The position numbers and the translations under genes were made by a program. From Gammaproteobacteria bacterium (lineage in GTDB: Bacteria > Pseudomonadota > Gammaproteobacteria > JACCXJ01), in the NCBI GenBank assembly GCA_050740455.1, contig JBOIDF010000009.1, forward strand, positions 91 to 64,090: DNA of 64,000 bases, written 5' to 3'. Below, one piece after another: positions 48,409 through 57,470 of this stretch. The notes below the pieces were generated by a model. It was not told the origin of the DNA, did no database searches, and saw nothing but the letters and a program-made list of their open reading frames with translations. Position 1 is the stretch's first letter. Each line of letters starts with the position of its first letter.

Positions 48409-48630
48409 GCGACGAGCCATGGAAGGCGGAACGCCGAGGCGAGGAGCCCGCGATAGCCGTCCTCTAGATGGACGGCGTAAAGTCATTGAGTGAAGGCACG
48501 CGCGAGTGATAGCGACGTAGCGTGCCTGAGCGCAGGACGGTCCCGGCGAAAGGAATTAGTCGCGGCGAGACTGAGTGCATTTCGGGGACAGGATGGCCGA
48601 AATGTACAGACGAGGGCCGCCGCGCAAACG
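48409..48630 (-). mobile_element. ~222-bp structured MITE-like repeat, copy 3
   Basis: Reverse complement of copy 1, including both termini (CGTTTGCGCGGCGG...CCATGGCTCGTCGC). Confidence 0.85.
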
Positions 48631-48645
48631 TTTATGCCGGTTTCC

Positions 48646-48671
48646 TGGATGCCAGCTTCCGCTGGCATGAC
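48646..48671 (-). repeat. REP-like palindrome, inverted partner
   Basis: Reverse complement GTCATGCCAGCGGAAGCTGGCATCCA. Confidence 0.65.
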
Positions 48672-48701
48672 GGTCGTTCTTGGAATTCAAGTCGTAAACG
48701 T

Positions 48702-48950
48702 TTATATAAAACGCACTACTAGTTCACGGCGACCTTCAACGCAGTTTTTCGCTCTATGGGAGCCCGGTTTGTAGTATATGCCGGAATGGATAACGCCTGA
48801 ATTGCGGCCGGTCTGATGTGCCGCCAGCCTATTTTCCTTTTCGAGCAAAGCTATTTTCAGGTCGGGATACCGGGTATTGATTTTGTACGCAGCCGCGAGA
48901 CCGACGCAACCTCCGCCGACCACCACAACATCAAATTGCTGGTTTGTCAT
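48702..48950 (-). pseudogene. lhgO: LhgO-like FAD oxidase, 5' fragment
   Basis: [42 protein letters not shown]; truncated after about 80 codons. Confidence 0.88.
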
Positions 48951-48980
48951 TGTTTGCTCGCTCCGCGTCGGAAGTTTTTC

Positions 48981-50012
48981 TTATTTCGCCCAATCCTCTG
49001 GAGTATCGTGCTGCCAATCTTCCAGTGCCTGGTCGAGGGTATACTGGTATTGATATCCGGCATGATAAAGAACGCTGGGAACAATGTTGTTTGATTGCAC
49101 CAACTTGCGAATACGAACTGGGCTAATCGGTTGGTTAATGCCCAGAGGACGGCCCACCGCTTCTAGCGCATAAGATGCCGCGAGCAACAGATGGTAGGGA
49201 ACCGAAGGCACAAATCGCGCTATACCGGCCACACGGCAGATAGCCTGCACATACTCCTCGACGGTAGGAGTCGGGTCCATTGAAAAATTGAACAACTCGA
49301 CGTTAATCCCTTGCGTTTCTATACGTGCTAATGCCCAAGCGAGCGCATGGCAGAGCTCCTTTACATAGCCGCCCGCTTTCCGGGTCTGACGGTTCCCTAT
49401 ATAGAAAAGGTACCGTCCTAATAACGCTCGTATCATGCGGGTCATGTTGCCGTGTTCCCCCGCTCCAAAAACCACTCCCGGGCGGACGATTATGAGACGG
49501 CGGCCTTTACCTGCAAGCTGCCAGGCAATATGAATTTTCTCGGCCACCAACTTTGATGCTCCGTACGGAGAAATTGGAACCGGCAAGGATCGTTCGTCTT
49601 TATTCTCCTCAGTTGGGCCGTACGGTGCGATGCTGCTAGTGAAAATAATGTGCTGGCAGCCAACGTGCTCGGCCCAGGCACAAACGTTTTCCGCGCCAGG
49701 AAGGTTCGTGGCATAGTATTCGTGCGCTTCATGGCCTGGCTCTCGATGCACGGCGGCGAAGTTTCCAATCAGATCAACCCGCTCGGATAGAGCAGGATGT
49801 TGGATGGGGTAGCGCACATCAATCGGCACATGTTCGATCTGCCCGCTTTTACTTAGCTCTAGCAGACCTTGTGGCCAAGCCCCACGCTCGATCGGTTGAA
49901 GGTCAGCCAGAAAGACCTTCTCAGCAATGTCATTCGTTAACAGATAGCGCGCGAAATGTGTGCCTATAAAACCAGTGCCTCCGAATAGTACACACATCTT
50001 ATATGTGCTCAC
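48981..50012 (-). CDS. NAD-dependent epimerase/dehydratase (extended SDR)
   Basis: LFGGTGFIG, NFAAVHREPG, FTSSIAPYG, YGASK, RPGVVFG; GTG start chosen. Confidence 0.9.
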   Translation of the reverse strand: MSTYKMCVLFGGTGFIGTHFARYLLTNDIAEKVFLADLQPIERGAWPQGLLELSKSGQIEHVPIDVRYPIQHPALSERVDLIGNFAAVHREPGHEAHEYYATNLPGAENVCAWAEHVGCQHIIFTSSIAPYGPTEENKDERSLPVPISPYGASKLVAEKIHIAWQLAGKGRRLIIVRPGVVFGAGEHGNMTRMIRALLGRYLFYIGNRQTRKAGGYVKELCHALAWALARIETQGINVELFNFSMDPTPTVEEYVQAICRVAGIARFVPSVPYHLLLAASYALEAVGRPLGINQPISPVRIRKLVQSNNIVPSVLYHAGYQYQYTLDQALEDWQHDTPEDWAK

Positions 50013-50284
50013 GTTTCTCTTAGGTTCTCCGATCAAGGTTTTCCATGGGCGTAGATCAAGTACTATACCGTAAATCAATAGGTAACAATATAATTGCTAA
50101 TTGAAAGTGACACTTTTGTAGTTTAGAAGAGGAAGGCTACCTGGGATAATATGAAGCATCGAATGCAAACGAACCCCAAAGGGTTACCCGAGGACTAAAG
50201 TGTCATACGAAGAAGCTATGGTTTCCACCCATAGCGCAAAGTTCCCCGGAACAAACCTGCGATGTGTATATGCGCTGGTCAAAT

Positions 50285-50525
50285 CGCAGGATCCTTGCGA
50301 TCAGAAAGTCTGAATTTCGTGGCATCGCGAAACGCTGGATAGGAGCGATCTAGGTTTCGAAATGTAGCTATAGGCGATTCCAAGGAATGGTGATAGCGGT
50401 AGACTTGTGTAGTCAGGTACGGCAACCATGAGTGTTATGAACCCTGTTAGGCACTTTGAAGAGTTTGTTTCCGATTATATTTGAATAGATATCCAGTACA
50501 ATAGTGTTAGCGGCCAGGCCCAGCG
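50285..50525 (-). pseudogene. Deleted second copy of the wzy-like gene 3' half
   Basis: 50285-50450 matches 46536-46701; 50451-50520 matches about 46937-47010; about 235 bp missing between them. Confidence 0.85.
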
Positions 50526-50609
50526 TGGAGCCCGGCCTTCCCGCTTGCTGGAAACACGTTCCAAGTGCCTTTAACTAGCCTCAAGGGATTGAGCTTTGCG
50601 GCGCTGGCT

Positions 50610-51785
50610 CTACAAACGATACCGCTGATCGTAGGTCTTGAATCCTGTAAGCGGCCCATCCCATTCCCTTCCTACCGCCATCACCTTGAACCGTTCTCCC
50701 ATCCCCGCGGGCAGGGTGAGTTGTTTCGCCTCCTGGATATGTCTCAAGTATCTCTGCGGTTCGGCCGCTTGCAACGACTCAAGGGCTTCTTCAAGACCGC
50801 AATCGATCAGGAAATGGGCCTGGGTCGTGTAGCCTAAAACCGCGAGCCCGCAGGTTTCCGCGGATTCAGCTAGGGCCGTGAAATCGACAAAGCTACTGAT
50901 ATCCTGGAGTCCGGTGAGGATCAGTGGATCGGCGTGGACCCGATGGCGGTGGTGGCAGATCAGCGTGCCCTCGCGGCGTTCGGGCAGGTAGTACTCGCGG
51001 CGCGTGTAACCATAATCGATGCAGAGAAATATTCCACGGCTTAGAGATTCCGTCACTGTCCCTAACCACGGCGTTAAGGCGAGATTGACCTCGGAGACAT
51101 AGCCTTCCGGGAGCGGGGGGCCCAATGCGCTTTGGATCGTCTCGATCTGTGCTCGCAGGCGCGGCTCGGCGGCGACCTCCTCGTCCCAGATGAAGCCATC
51201 GCCCTGCCACCTCACGCGTTGTTCGTAAACATTCCCGCCAGCAATGCGAAAGCGGTGCACCGGCAGCGCGTCGAGCACCTCGTTAGCGATCATGATCCCG
51301 CGCCAAGGCCGGCTGGGCGGCCGCTCTAGCCATGCGACCCTTGAGGCCAAATGCGGCACGGCGCTTTCTATCCATTGCTGTTGGCGCGCGCGCAGATCCG
51401 CGCTGATCTCAAGAATAAAGTAAGCTCCCGGCAAGCTACCCCGGCGTTCGAGCTCGGTCAAGATCTCGACGGCGAGTCGGCCGCTGCCTGCGCCGAGCTC
51501 GCAGATGGCGCCGCCGCCGAGCCCCGCGAGGACCTCGCGGCATGGCCGCGCGAGGCAACGCCCGAACAGTGGGGAGAGTTCCGGGGCGGTGACGAAATCG
51601 CCGCTCGAGCCGAGCTTCACGCTCCCGGCGCTGTAGTACCCGAGACCGGGGGCGTAGAGCGCGAGCTCCATATAGCGCGCGAAGCTCATGCTCCCGCCGG
51701 CTACGGCCAATTCCTCGCGTATCGCCTCGATCAGCCGCGCGCTGTGGGCCGCGGCCTCGGGGCTAGACGGAAGTGATCCACTCAA
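50610..51785 (-). CDS. MidA/NDUFAF7-family SAM-dependent methyltransferase
   Basis: FARYMELALYAPGLGYY, GDFVTAPELSPLFG, ELGAGSG, ANEVLDALP, IDYG, GLQDISSFVDF, MGERFKVM. Confidence 0.93.
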   Translation of the reverse strand: MSGSLPSSPEAAAHSARLIEAIREELAVAGGSMSFARYMELALYAPGLGYYSAGSVKLGSSGDFVTAPELSPLFGRCLARPCREVLAGLGGGAICELGAGSGRLAVEILTELERRGSLPGAYFILEISADLRARQQQWIESAVPHLASRVAWLERPPSRPWRGIMIANEVLDALPVHRFRIAGGNVYEQRVRWQGDGFIWDEEVAAEPRLRAQIETIQSALGPPLPEGYVSEVNLALTPWLGTVTESLSRGIFLCIDYGYTRREYYLPERREGTLICHHRHRVHADPLILTGLQDISSFVDFTALAESAETCGLAVLGYTTQAHFLIDCGLEEALESLQAAEPQRYLRHIQEAKQLTLPAGMGERFKVMAVGREWDGPLTGFKTYDQRYRL

Positions 51786-51786
51786 G

Positions 51787-52236
51787 CTATTCGTAGTGAC
51801 GCTGAAAATCCGGCAGCTCGCCATCGAGGAACCACCGCTTCCGGGCCGCGTCATACCACCATTTCTGGATATCGCGAAGCGTGGCGACCTGGCCCACATC
51901 CTGGTAATAATAACGAAACAGGACCGTCACGGTGGCCTCGGTCTGAGTTGCGTTCAGGGCCTGATTGACGATATCGTAGGAGGCGACCCGGATAGCTTGA
52001 AGGGGTTCCGTGTTGATCGGGGGGTAGGGGCCGGTACGGGAAACACGATACAACGCCGCTGCGTCATAATCACCCCAGCGCAACGCGCTTTCGTAGGTGG
52101 CGACGCTCAACTCCAGATTTTCCAAGCGCTCGTGGGTTTCCATCCCGGCGCACGCGGCCGTCAACAAGGCGACGATGAGCGCTGCCGCATGACGCCCCGC
52201 GAAGGTTCTTGCCGACTCTTGTATTTTATTCTGCAT
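51787..52236 (-). CDS. Hypothetical lipoprotein
   Basis: Hydrophobic signal with LLTAAC lipobox; YESALRWGDY..A motif. Confidence 0.7.
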   Translation of the reverse strand: MQNKIQESARTFAGRHAAALIVALLTAACAGMETHERLENLELSVATYESALRWGDYDAAALYRVSRTGPYPPINTEPLQAIRVASYDIVNQALNATQTEATVTVLFRYYYQDVGQVATLRDIQKWWYDAARKRWFLDGELPDFQRHYE

Positions 52237-52265
52237 AACGCTGCCCTCGGTAATGGAATCGCTCA

Positions 52266-52407
52266 GAGCTTGTGAAAAAACTATTGCGCTCGGAACCTCG
52301 CGTTCCGGCGGTGCTCGGAATCCTCATGTATTTCAATATACACTCCGGTTCCTGTGCTCCGGCGGAACGCGACTTCCCTTCGCTCGCGACGATTTTTTCA
52401 CAAGCTC
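52266..52407. mobile_element. Complete MITE (142 bp) with GAGCTTGTGAAAAAA terminal inverted repeats and TCA target duplication
   Basis: TCA|GAGCTTGTGAAAAAA ... TTTTTTCACAAGCTC|TCA; internal imperfect palindrome around CTCATGTATTTCAATATACACTCCGG. Confidence 0.88.
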
Positions 52408-52422
52408 TCAGGCATGCGATGT

Positions 52423-52950
52423 TCACGCCCGCGGCTCCGAAGTGCTTGCAGACGGTCCCAGGAGGTCTTCAAGGGGAACCGGCGCAAGCGCTTGTCCGCT
52501 CTTATCAAACTCCGCCCAAAGCTCGCGGATGCGCCGGCCCTCGAGCGGGTGCATGACCTCGCCCGCGATGTCGGCCAAGGGCCGCAACACGAAGGCATAA
52601 CGGGTGATGTCCTTACGCGGCAAGTTCAAGCCATTGTCTCGAATCACGAGTTCATCATAAAGCAAGATGTCGAGGTCGAGCGGCCGGGGCGCATAGCGCG
52701 GCGTATCGGGTGTGCGGCCATGCTGCGACTCGATCGCGGCTAGGCGCGTCCGCAGTGCGTGCGGATCTAAATCAGTACTGAAGCCCACGACAAGATTATA
52801 GAAATGATCTCCGGGAAAGCCGATGGCGGCGCTCTCGTAGACGGGCGACAGCATCAATTCCCCGAACTGGCCGCGCAGTGATGCGATAGCGCTGCGAATG
52901 TTGTCCCGGCGCTCCACATTGCTGCCTATGCTTACATAGACCCGTGCCAC
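52423..52950 (-). CDS. folK: 2-amino-4-hydroxy-6-hydroxymethyldihydropteridine diphosphokinase
   Basis: VYVSIGSN, SPVYES, FYNLVV, PRPLDLDILLY, FVLRPLADI. Confidence 0.95.
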   Translation of the reverse strand: MARVYVSIGSNVERRDNIRSAIASLRGQFGELMLSPVYESAAIGFPGDHFYNLVVGFSTDLDPHALRTRLAAIESQHGRTPDTPRYAPRPLDLDILLYDELVIRDNGLNLPRKDITRYAFVLRPLADIAGEVMHPLEGRRIRELWAEFDKSGQALAPVPLEDLLGPSASTSEPRA

Positions 52951-53309
52951 GCCTCCTCCCGGCGGCCGCGTTCGATGATGACCCCGACGTCGCGCACACC
53001 GCGCACGGCACCCTGCTTGTTCAGCCGTAAACGGAGCCAAGGGATATCAAACTCCTTGATGATGAGCTCGGCGACGGCCTCGGCAAGCGACTCGACCAAC
53101 TGGTAGTGGCTGTCTGTGACGAAGGCCATCACCCGTTTGGCGACCTCTTTATAATTCAGTGTGTCGGCCACCGAATCGGTGAGCGCCGCTTTGCGGATAT
53201 CGGTGCCGAGCTCGAGGTCGAAGATGACCACTTGTTTGATCTGCCGCTCCCAGGCATAGACTCCGATCACGGCTTCAATGCGCAGATCGTTTATATAAAT
53301 GATATCCAT
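52932..53309 (-). CDS. folB: Dihydroneopterin aldolase
   Basis: MDIIYINDL..IGVYAWER..LNYKEV..LVESLAE..KQGAV..VGVIIER. Confidence 0.96.
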   Translation of the reverse strand: MDIIYINDLRIEAVIGVYAWERQIKQVVIFDLELGTDIRKAALTDSVADTLNYKEVAKRVMAFVTDSHYQLVESLAEAVAELIIKEFDIPWLRLRLNKQGAVRGVRDVGVIIERGRREEAWHGSM

Positions 53310-53415
53310 ACGCCGTTCAATGGTATGCGCCTGGCCACGGCTACCTGTGCCGATAACCGAACACTACACCCGATGCTTGCTTGACCTGTCAAGGCCAAGC
53401 GACTCCAATAGCGCC

Positions 53416-54027
53416 ATGCTGCAGGAGCTCGCTCTGATTGTCTTCAGTTATCTCTTGGGATCGATTTCCTTGGCCATCGTCGTCTGCCGGGCGGGCGGAT
53501 TCCCCGATCCGCGCGGGCAGGGCTCGGGCAACCCAGGCGCGACCAACGTCTTGAGGCTTGCCGGCAAGCCGGCGGCGGTCATTACCCTGGTGGGGGATCT
53601 GCTCAAGGGTTTGCTACCGTTGGTCATCGGGCGCGTGCTGGGCGTGTCCGATCCGGGTCTCGCCTTGATGGGCCTCGCGGCGTTCTCGGGCCATCTGTAC
53701 CCGGTATTCTTTGGCTTTCACGGGGGCAAGGGAGTCGCCACTTTCATCGGCGTGCTCTATGGCTTCGCTTGGCCGGCCGGGATCGGCTTCATGCTGATAT
53801 GGTTGGCCTTAGCGGGCCTATTTCGCTATTCGTCGCTGGCCGCCTTGGGTGCAGCCGCATGCGCGCCGTTCATGGTTTTTCTGCTTGACCGCACCTGGGT
53901 TCATGCCGCGGTCGTCGTGTTGATGGTGGCGCTGATCTTCTGGAGGCACCGGGGAAACCTGCGCAAGCTGCTCGCGGGGACCGAATCGAAAATTGGTGCC
54001 CGAGAGGCGGCCGCACGGGCGGAATAG
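53416..54027 (+). CDS. plsY: Glycerol-3-phosphate acyltransferase
   Basis: YLLGSI, DPRGQGSGNPGATNVLR, DLLKG, GHLYPVFFGFHGGKGVAT, RHRGNL..L..GTESK. Confidence 0.96.
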   Translation: MLQELALIVFSYLLGSISLAIVVCRAGGFPDPRGQGSGNPGATNVLRLAGKPAAVITLVGDLLKGLLPLVIGRVLGVSDPGLALMGLAAFSGHLYPVFFGFHGGKGVATFIGVLYGFAWPAGIGFMLIWLALAGLFRYSSLAALGAAACAPFMVFLLDRTWVHAAVVVLMVALIFWRHRGNLRKLLAGTESKIGAREAAARAE

Positions 54028-54044
54028 CGCGGATCTAAGGTTCC

Positions 54045-55055
54045 CTAAACGGGAGGCAGTTCGGTCAGCGGCCAGCGCGGCCGTACCGGGAACTCGAGGC
54101 CGTCGCGGTGGCCGGCGCGAAGGCGCACCCATCCCGCATAAGCAATCATCGCGCCGTTGTCGGTGCAGAACTCAGGCCGTGGATAGTAGACCTGAATCCC
54201 CTCGCCGCTAAGCTCGCGCAAGCGAGCGCGTAAAGCGCGGTTGGCGCTCACGCCGCCCGCTGCCACAAGCCGCCGGTAGCCGGTCGCCTTGAGCGCGCGC
54301 CGGCACTTGATCGCCAGCGTGTCGACCACCGCATCGGCGAAAGCGCGCGCGATATCCGCACGCGTCTTTTGATCGCCGCCTGTTGTCCGCAGGGTTTGGA
54401 GCGTAGCCGTCTTTAAGCCGCTGAAACTAAAGTTCAGGCCGGGCCGGATGGTCATGGGACGTGGAAACACGAATCGGCCGGCTTCACCCTGCTCCGCAAG
54501 ACGCTCGAGCGCGGGACCGCCCGGGTAACCGAGGCCGAGCAGCTTCGCCGTCTTGTCGAAGGCCTCGCCCGCGGCATCGTCCACGGACTCGCCGAGGATT
54601 CGGTAACTCCCGACCCGCGCCATGTCCACCAACTGGGTATGCCCGCCGGAAACGAGGAGCGCGAGCAAGGGCGGCTCGGGCGGGGTGGGCTCCAACATCG
54701 GGGCGAGCAGATGGCCTTCCATATGATGGATCCCTAAGCATGGGATGCCGAGCGCCCAGGCCAGGCTGCGCGCCACGGCGGCCCCGGCGAGAAGCGCGCC
54801 GATGAGGCCCGGCCCTGCGGTATAGCTGACACCCGCGAGATCCCGCGCCTCACAGCTCGCCTCCCGAAGTGCCGATCGGATCAACGGGATAATGTGGCGA
54901 ACATGATCGCGCGAGGCCAGCTCGGGCACCACGCCCCCGTAGTAAGCATGAAGGGGGGCCTGGGTGCGTAACACATGCGCCAATAGCCCGCGCTCGGAAT
55001 CGTAGATCGCGATCCCGGTCTCATCGCACGAGGTTTCTATTCCCAGCACGCGCAT
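54045..55055 (-). CDS. tsaD: tRNA threonylcarbamoyladenosine biosynthesis protein
   Basis: [54 protein letters not shown]. Confidence 0.97.
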   Translation of the reverse strand: MRVLGIETSCDETGIAIYDSERGLLAHVLRTQAPLHAYYGGVVPELASRDHVRHIIPLIRSALREASCEARDLAGVSYTAGPGLIGALLAGAAVARSLAWALGIPCLGIHHMEGHLLAPMLEPTPPEPPLLALLVSGGHTQLVDMARVGSYRILGESVDDAAGEAFDKTAKLLGLGYPGGPALERLAEQGEAGRFVFPRPMTIRPGLNFSFSGLKTATLQTLRTTGGDQKTRADIARAFADAVVDTLAIKCRRALKATGYRRLVAAGGVSANRALRARLRELSGEGIQVYYPRPEFCTDNGAMIAYAGWVRLRAGHRDGLEFPVRPRWPLTELPPV

Positions 55056-55159
55056 GGACTGCTTTTTCGTTACGGTACGTACTTTGCCAACGGAACGGAG
55101 TCGATTACACTATGCCGCTTTTGTAATAAACTAAATTTTTACAAGGATCCGATTTCTCA

Positions 55160-55444
55160 ATGCCGTCAGTAAGAGTGAGAGACAACGAACCCTTCGACAT
55201 CGCCTTGCGGCGCTTCAAGCGCGCCTGTGAAAAGGCGGGCGTCCTGGCCGAGGTGCACCGGCGCGAATTTTACGAGAAACCGACCCAGGTGCGGAAGCGT
55301 AAAGCAGCCGCGGCCGTCAAGCGCTGGCAAAAGAAACTCGCCCGCACCCAGGCCCGCCTTATACCCTCGGCATTCGGGCAGCGGGGCAAACCCGTCGTCC
55401 GGCGTTTCCATCGAGGCCCATACGCGGATGCCGCTCACGCTTAA
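55160..55444 (+). CDS. rpsU: 30S ribosomal protein S21 (C-terminally extended to 94 aa)
   Basis: [55 protein letters not shown]. Confidence 0.95.
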   Translation: MPSVRVRDNEPFDIALRRFKRACEKAGVLAEVHRREFYEKPTQVRKRKAAAAVKRWQKKLARTQARLIPSAFGQRGKPVVRRFHRGPYADAAHA

Positions 55445-55509
55445 ACAGCGCGTGCAGGGCCGCGCGGACAGGGCACAGCCACTCGCTTAAACGCCGCCTG
55501 GGCGGCTGA
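55428..55509 (+). pseudogene. GatB/YqeY-domain gene reduced to fused N- and C-terminal stubs
   Basis: MPLTLKQRV fused to QGRAD..., ending (frameshifted) LKRRLGG*; occupies the usual yqeY slot between rpsU and dnaG. Confidence 0.65.
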
Positions 55510-55590
55510 ATCCGAGCGGCCCGAACCGGTACCGCGACAGACTGGCATTGTAGCTTGCCCCGTCTATACTCGAAAGAGTAAGGCATAGGC

Positions 55591-57345
55591 ATGACCCGCC
55601 GCATTTCACAGCCGGTCATCGACGAGCTGTTGTCCAAGACGGACGTCGTCGAGGTGATCGAAGAATTCCTCAGCTTGCGCAAGGTCGGGCGCAATTACGT
55701 GGCGCTTTGCCCTTTCCACAACGAGAAAACTCCCTCGTTCAGCGTCAACCGTGAGAAACAGTTTTATTACTGTTTCGGGTGCGGCGCAGGTGGCTCCGCC
55801 ATTAACTTTTTAATGAATTATCTACGGCTGAGCTTTGTCGAGACGGTCTCGCGGCTCGCCGATCACGCCGGCATGCCACTCCCCAGCACCGATCCCGGCA
55901 CGCCCCGAGCCCCAAGCGCCGAGCTGTACGATATCTTGGCGCAGGCAGCCAAGTACTACGCGGCGCAGTTGCGCCAACGGCCCGCCGCAAACCGGGCCGT
56001 CGCCTACCTCAAGCAGCGGGGTTTAACCGGCCGTGTCGCCGCCGATTTCGATCTGGGTTATGCCCCACCGGATTGGGATCAACTGCAGCGGGCCCTGGGA
56101 ACTTCCCCGCAAGCCCTGCGTACGCTTGGCCTGGCGGGGCTTGTGATCGCGAAACCGGACGGTTGCTATTACGACCGTTTTCGCGACCGGATCATGTTCC
56201 CGATCCGAGACCCCCGAGGCAGGATCGTCGGGTTTGGCGGACGTGGCCTGAACGGCGGCGAGCCCAAGTACCTCAACTCGCCCGAGACTCCCGTTTTCCA
56301 CAAAGGGGCCGAGCTCTATGGATTGCACCGGGCCTTAAAAGTCGGCGCGGATCCGCAGCGCCTTTTGGTCGTCGAAGGTTATATGGACGTGATCGCCCTC
56401 GCGCAGTTCGGGATCAACCATGCGGTCGCGACCCTTGGCACCGCCCTAACCCGAGATCACGTCACCCGCTTGTTTCGCGCGGTTCCCGAGGTCATTCTAT
56501 GCTTCGATGGCGATGAGGCCGGAGAGCGCGCCGCTTGGCGCTCGCTGAACGTGATCCTGCCGCAGATGAAGGATGGGCGAACGGTGGGCTTTCTTTTTTT
56601 GCCGGCGGGCGAAGATCCCGACAGTTGGGTGCGTAAGGCGGGCGCCACAATATTCGAAACCACGGACAAGGTGACAGCGCTCTCGGAATTCCTCTTCGCA
56701 AGCCTGTTAAAAAAGGTCAACCTGAATACGCCTGAAGGTAACGCCCGGCTGGTCGCACTAGCAAACCCATACATAAACCTGCTGCCGCCCGGCGCATTAC
56801 AACAGCTTTTGCGGCGCCGCTTAGGGGAACTTTCAACGCTGGATGCGGACGAATTAACGGCTGTGGCGCGAACGGCGCGTCCGGCCGAGAAAGTCGTCGT
56901 CCCCACTCGCCGCCCAACGCCATCCATAATTCAATCTGCAATTGCAATCATGCTGCGGCGGCCGGAATTAGCCATGCGGGTCGATCTGACGCAGGATCTC
57001 ACGCCGGTGGAACTTCCTCACATGGGGATATTTTTGGAGTTGGTTCGTTTAATCCAAGATCATCCCGGAATCCATTGTGGCGCCCTTCTTGAGCGGTGGC
57101 GCGGCGCCGAGGAAAGCAGTTTATTGAATCGGCTGGCGGCCAAGGACTCACTGGTATGCAACGAGGCCCTCGAAGCGGAATTCGCGGGGATCATGAAACG
57201 CTTACAGGCTCTTGCCAACAAGCAACGGCGGGATCGGTTGCTGACATCCCATCCGGGCGCGCTTACGCCGCAAGCAAAATCGGAACTGCGCGCAGCACTT
57301 GCCAAAAACGGCACCACCAGCGCTAGCGATATTATTAACGAGTGA
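55591..57345 (+). CDS. dnaG: DNA primase
   Basis: CPFHNEKTPSF..CFGCG Zn-finger, FRDRIMFPI, GFGGR, KYLNSPET, VVEGYMDV, CFDGD.AG. Confidence 0.98.
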   Translation: MTRRISQPVIDELLSKTDVVEVIEEFLSLRKVGRNYVALCPFHNEKTPSFSVNREKQFYYCFGCGAGGSAINFLMNYLRLSFVETVSRLADHAGMPLPSTDPGTPRAPSAELYDILAQAAKYYAAQLRQRPAANRAVAYLKQRGLTGRVAADFDLGYAPPDWDQLQRALGTSPQALRTLGLAGLVIAKPDGCYYDRFRDRIMFPIRDPRGRIVGFGGRGLNGGEPKYLNSPETPVFHKGAELYGLHRALKVGADPQRLLVVEGYMDVIALAQFGINHAVATLGTALTRDHVTRLFRAVPEVILCFDGDEAGERAAWRSLNVILPQMKDGRTVGFLFLPAGEDPDSWVRKAGATIFETTDKVTALSEFLFASLLKKVNLNTPEGNARLVALANPYINLLPPGALQQLLRRRLGELSTLDADELTAVARTARPAEKVVVPTRRPTPSIIQSAIAIMLRRPELAMRVDLTQDLTPVELPHMGIFLELVRLIQDHPGIHCGALLERWRGAEESSLLNRLAAKDSLVCNEALEAEFAGIMKRLQALANKQRRDRLLTSHPGALTPQAKSELRAALAKNGTTSASDIINE

Positions 57346-57470
57346 GATAAAATTAGCATTTTTGCATCGAATTAACGGTAATTCTGATCATAGCGATCTG
57401 GCAGATTGACAATTGCTTTACTATACTTTCAATTGATCTTTTAACGCATTGAACAGTTTATACTTTAACT

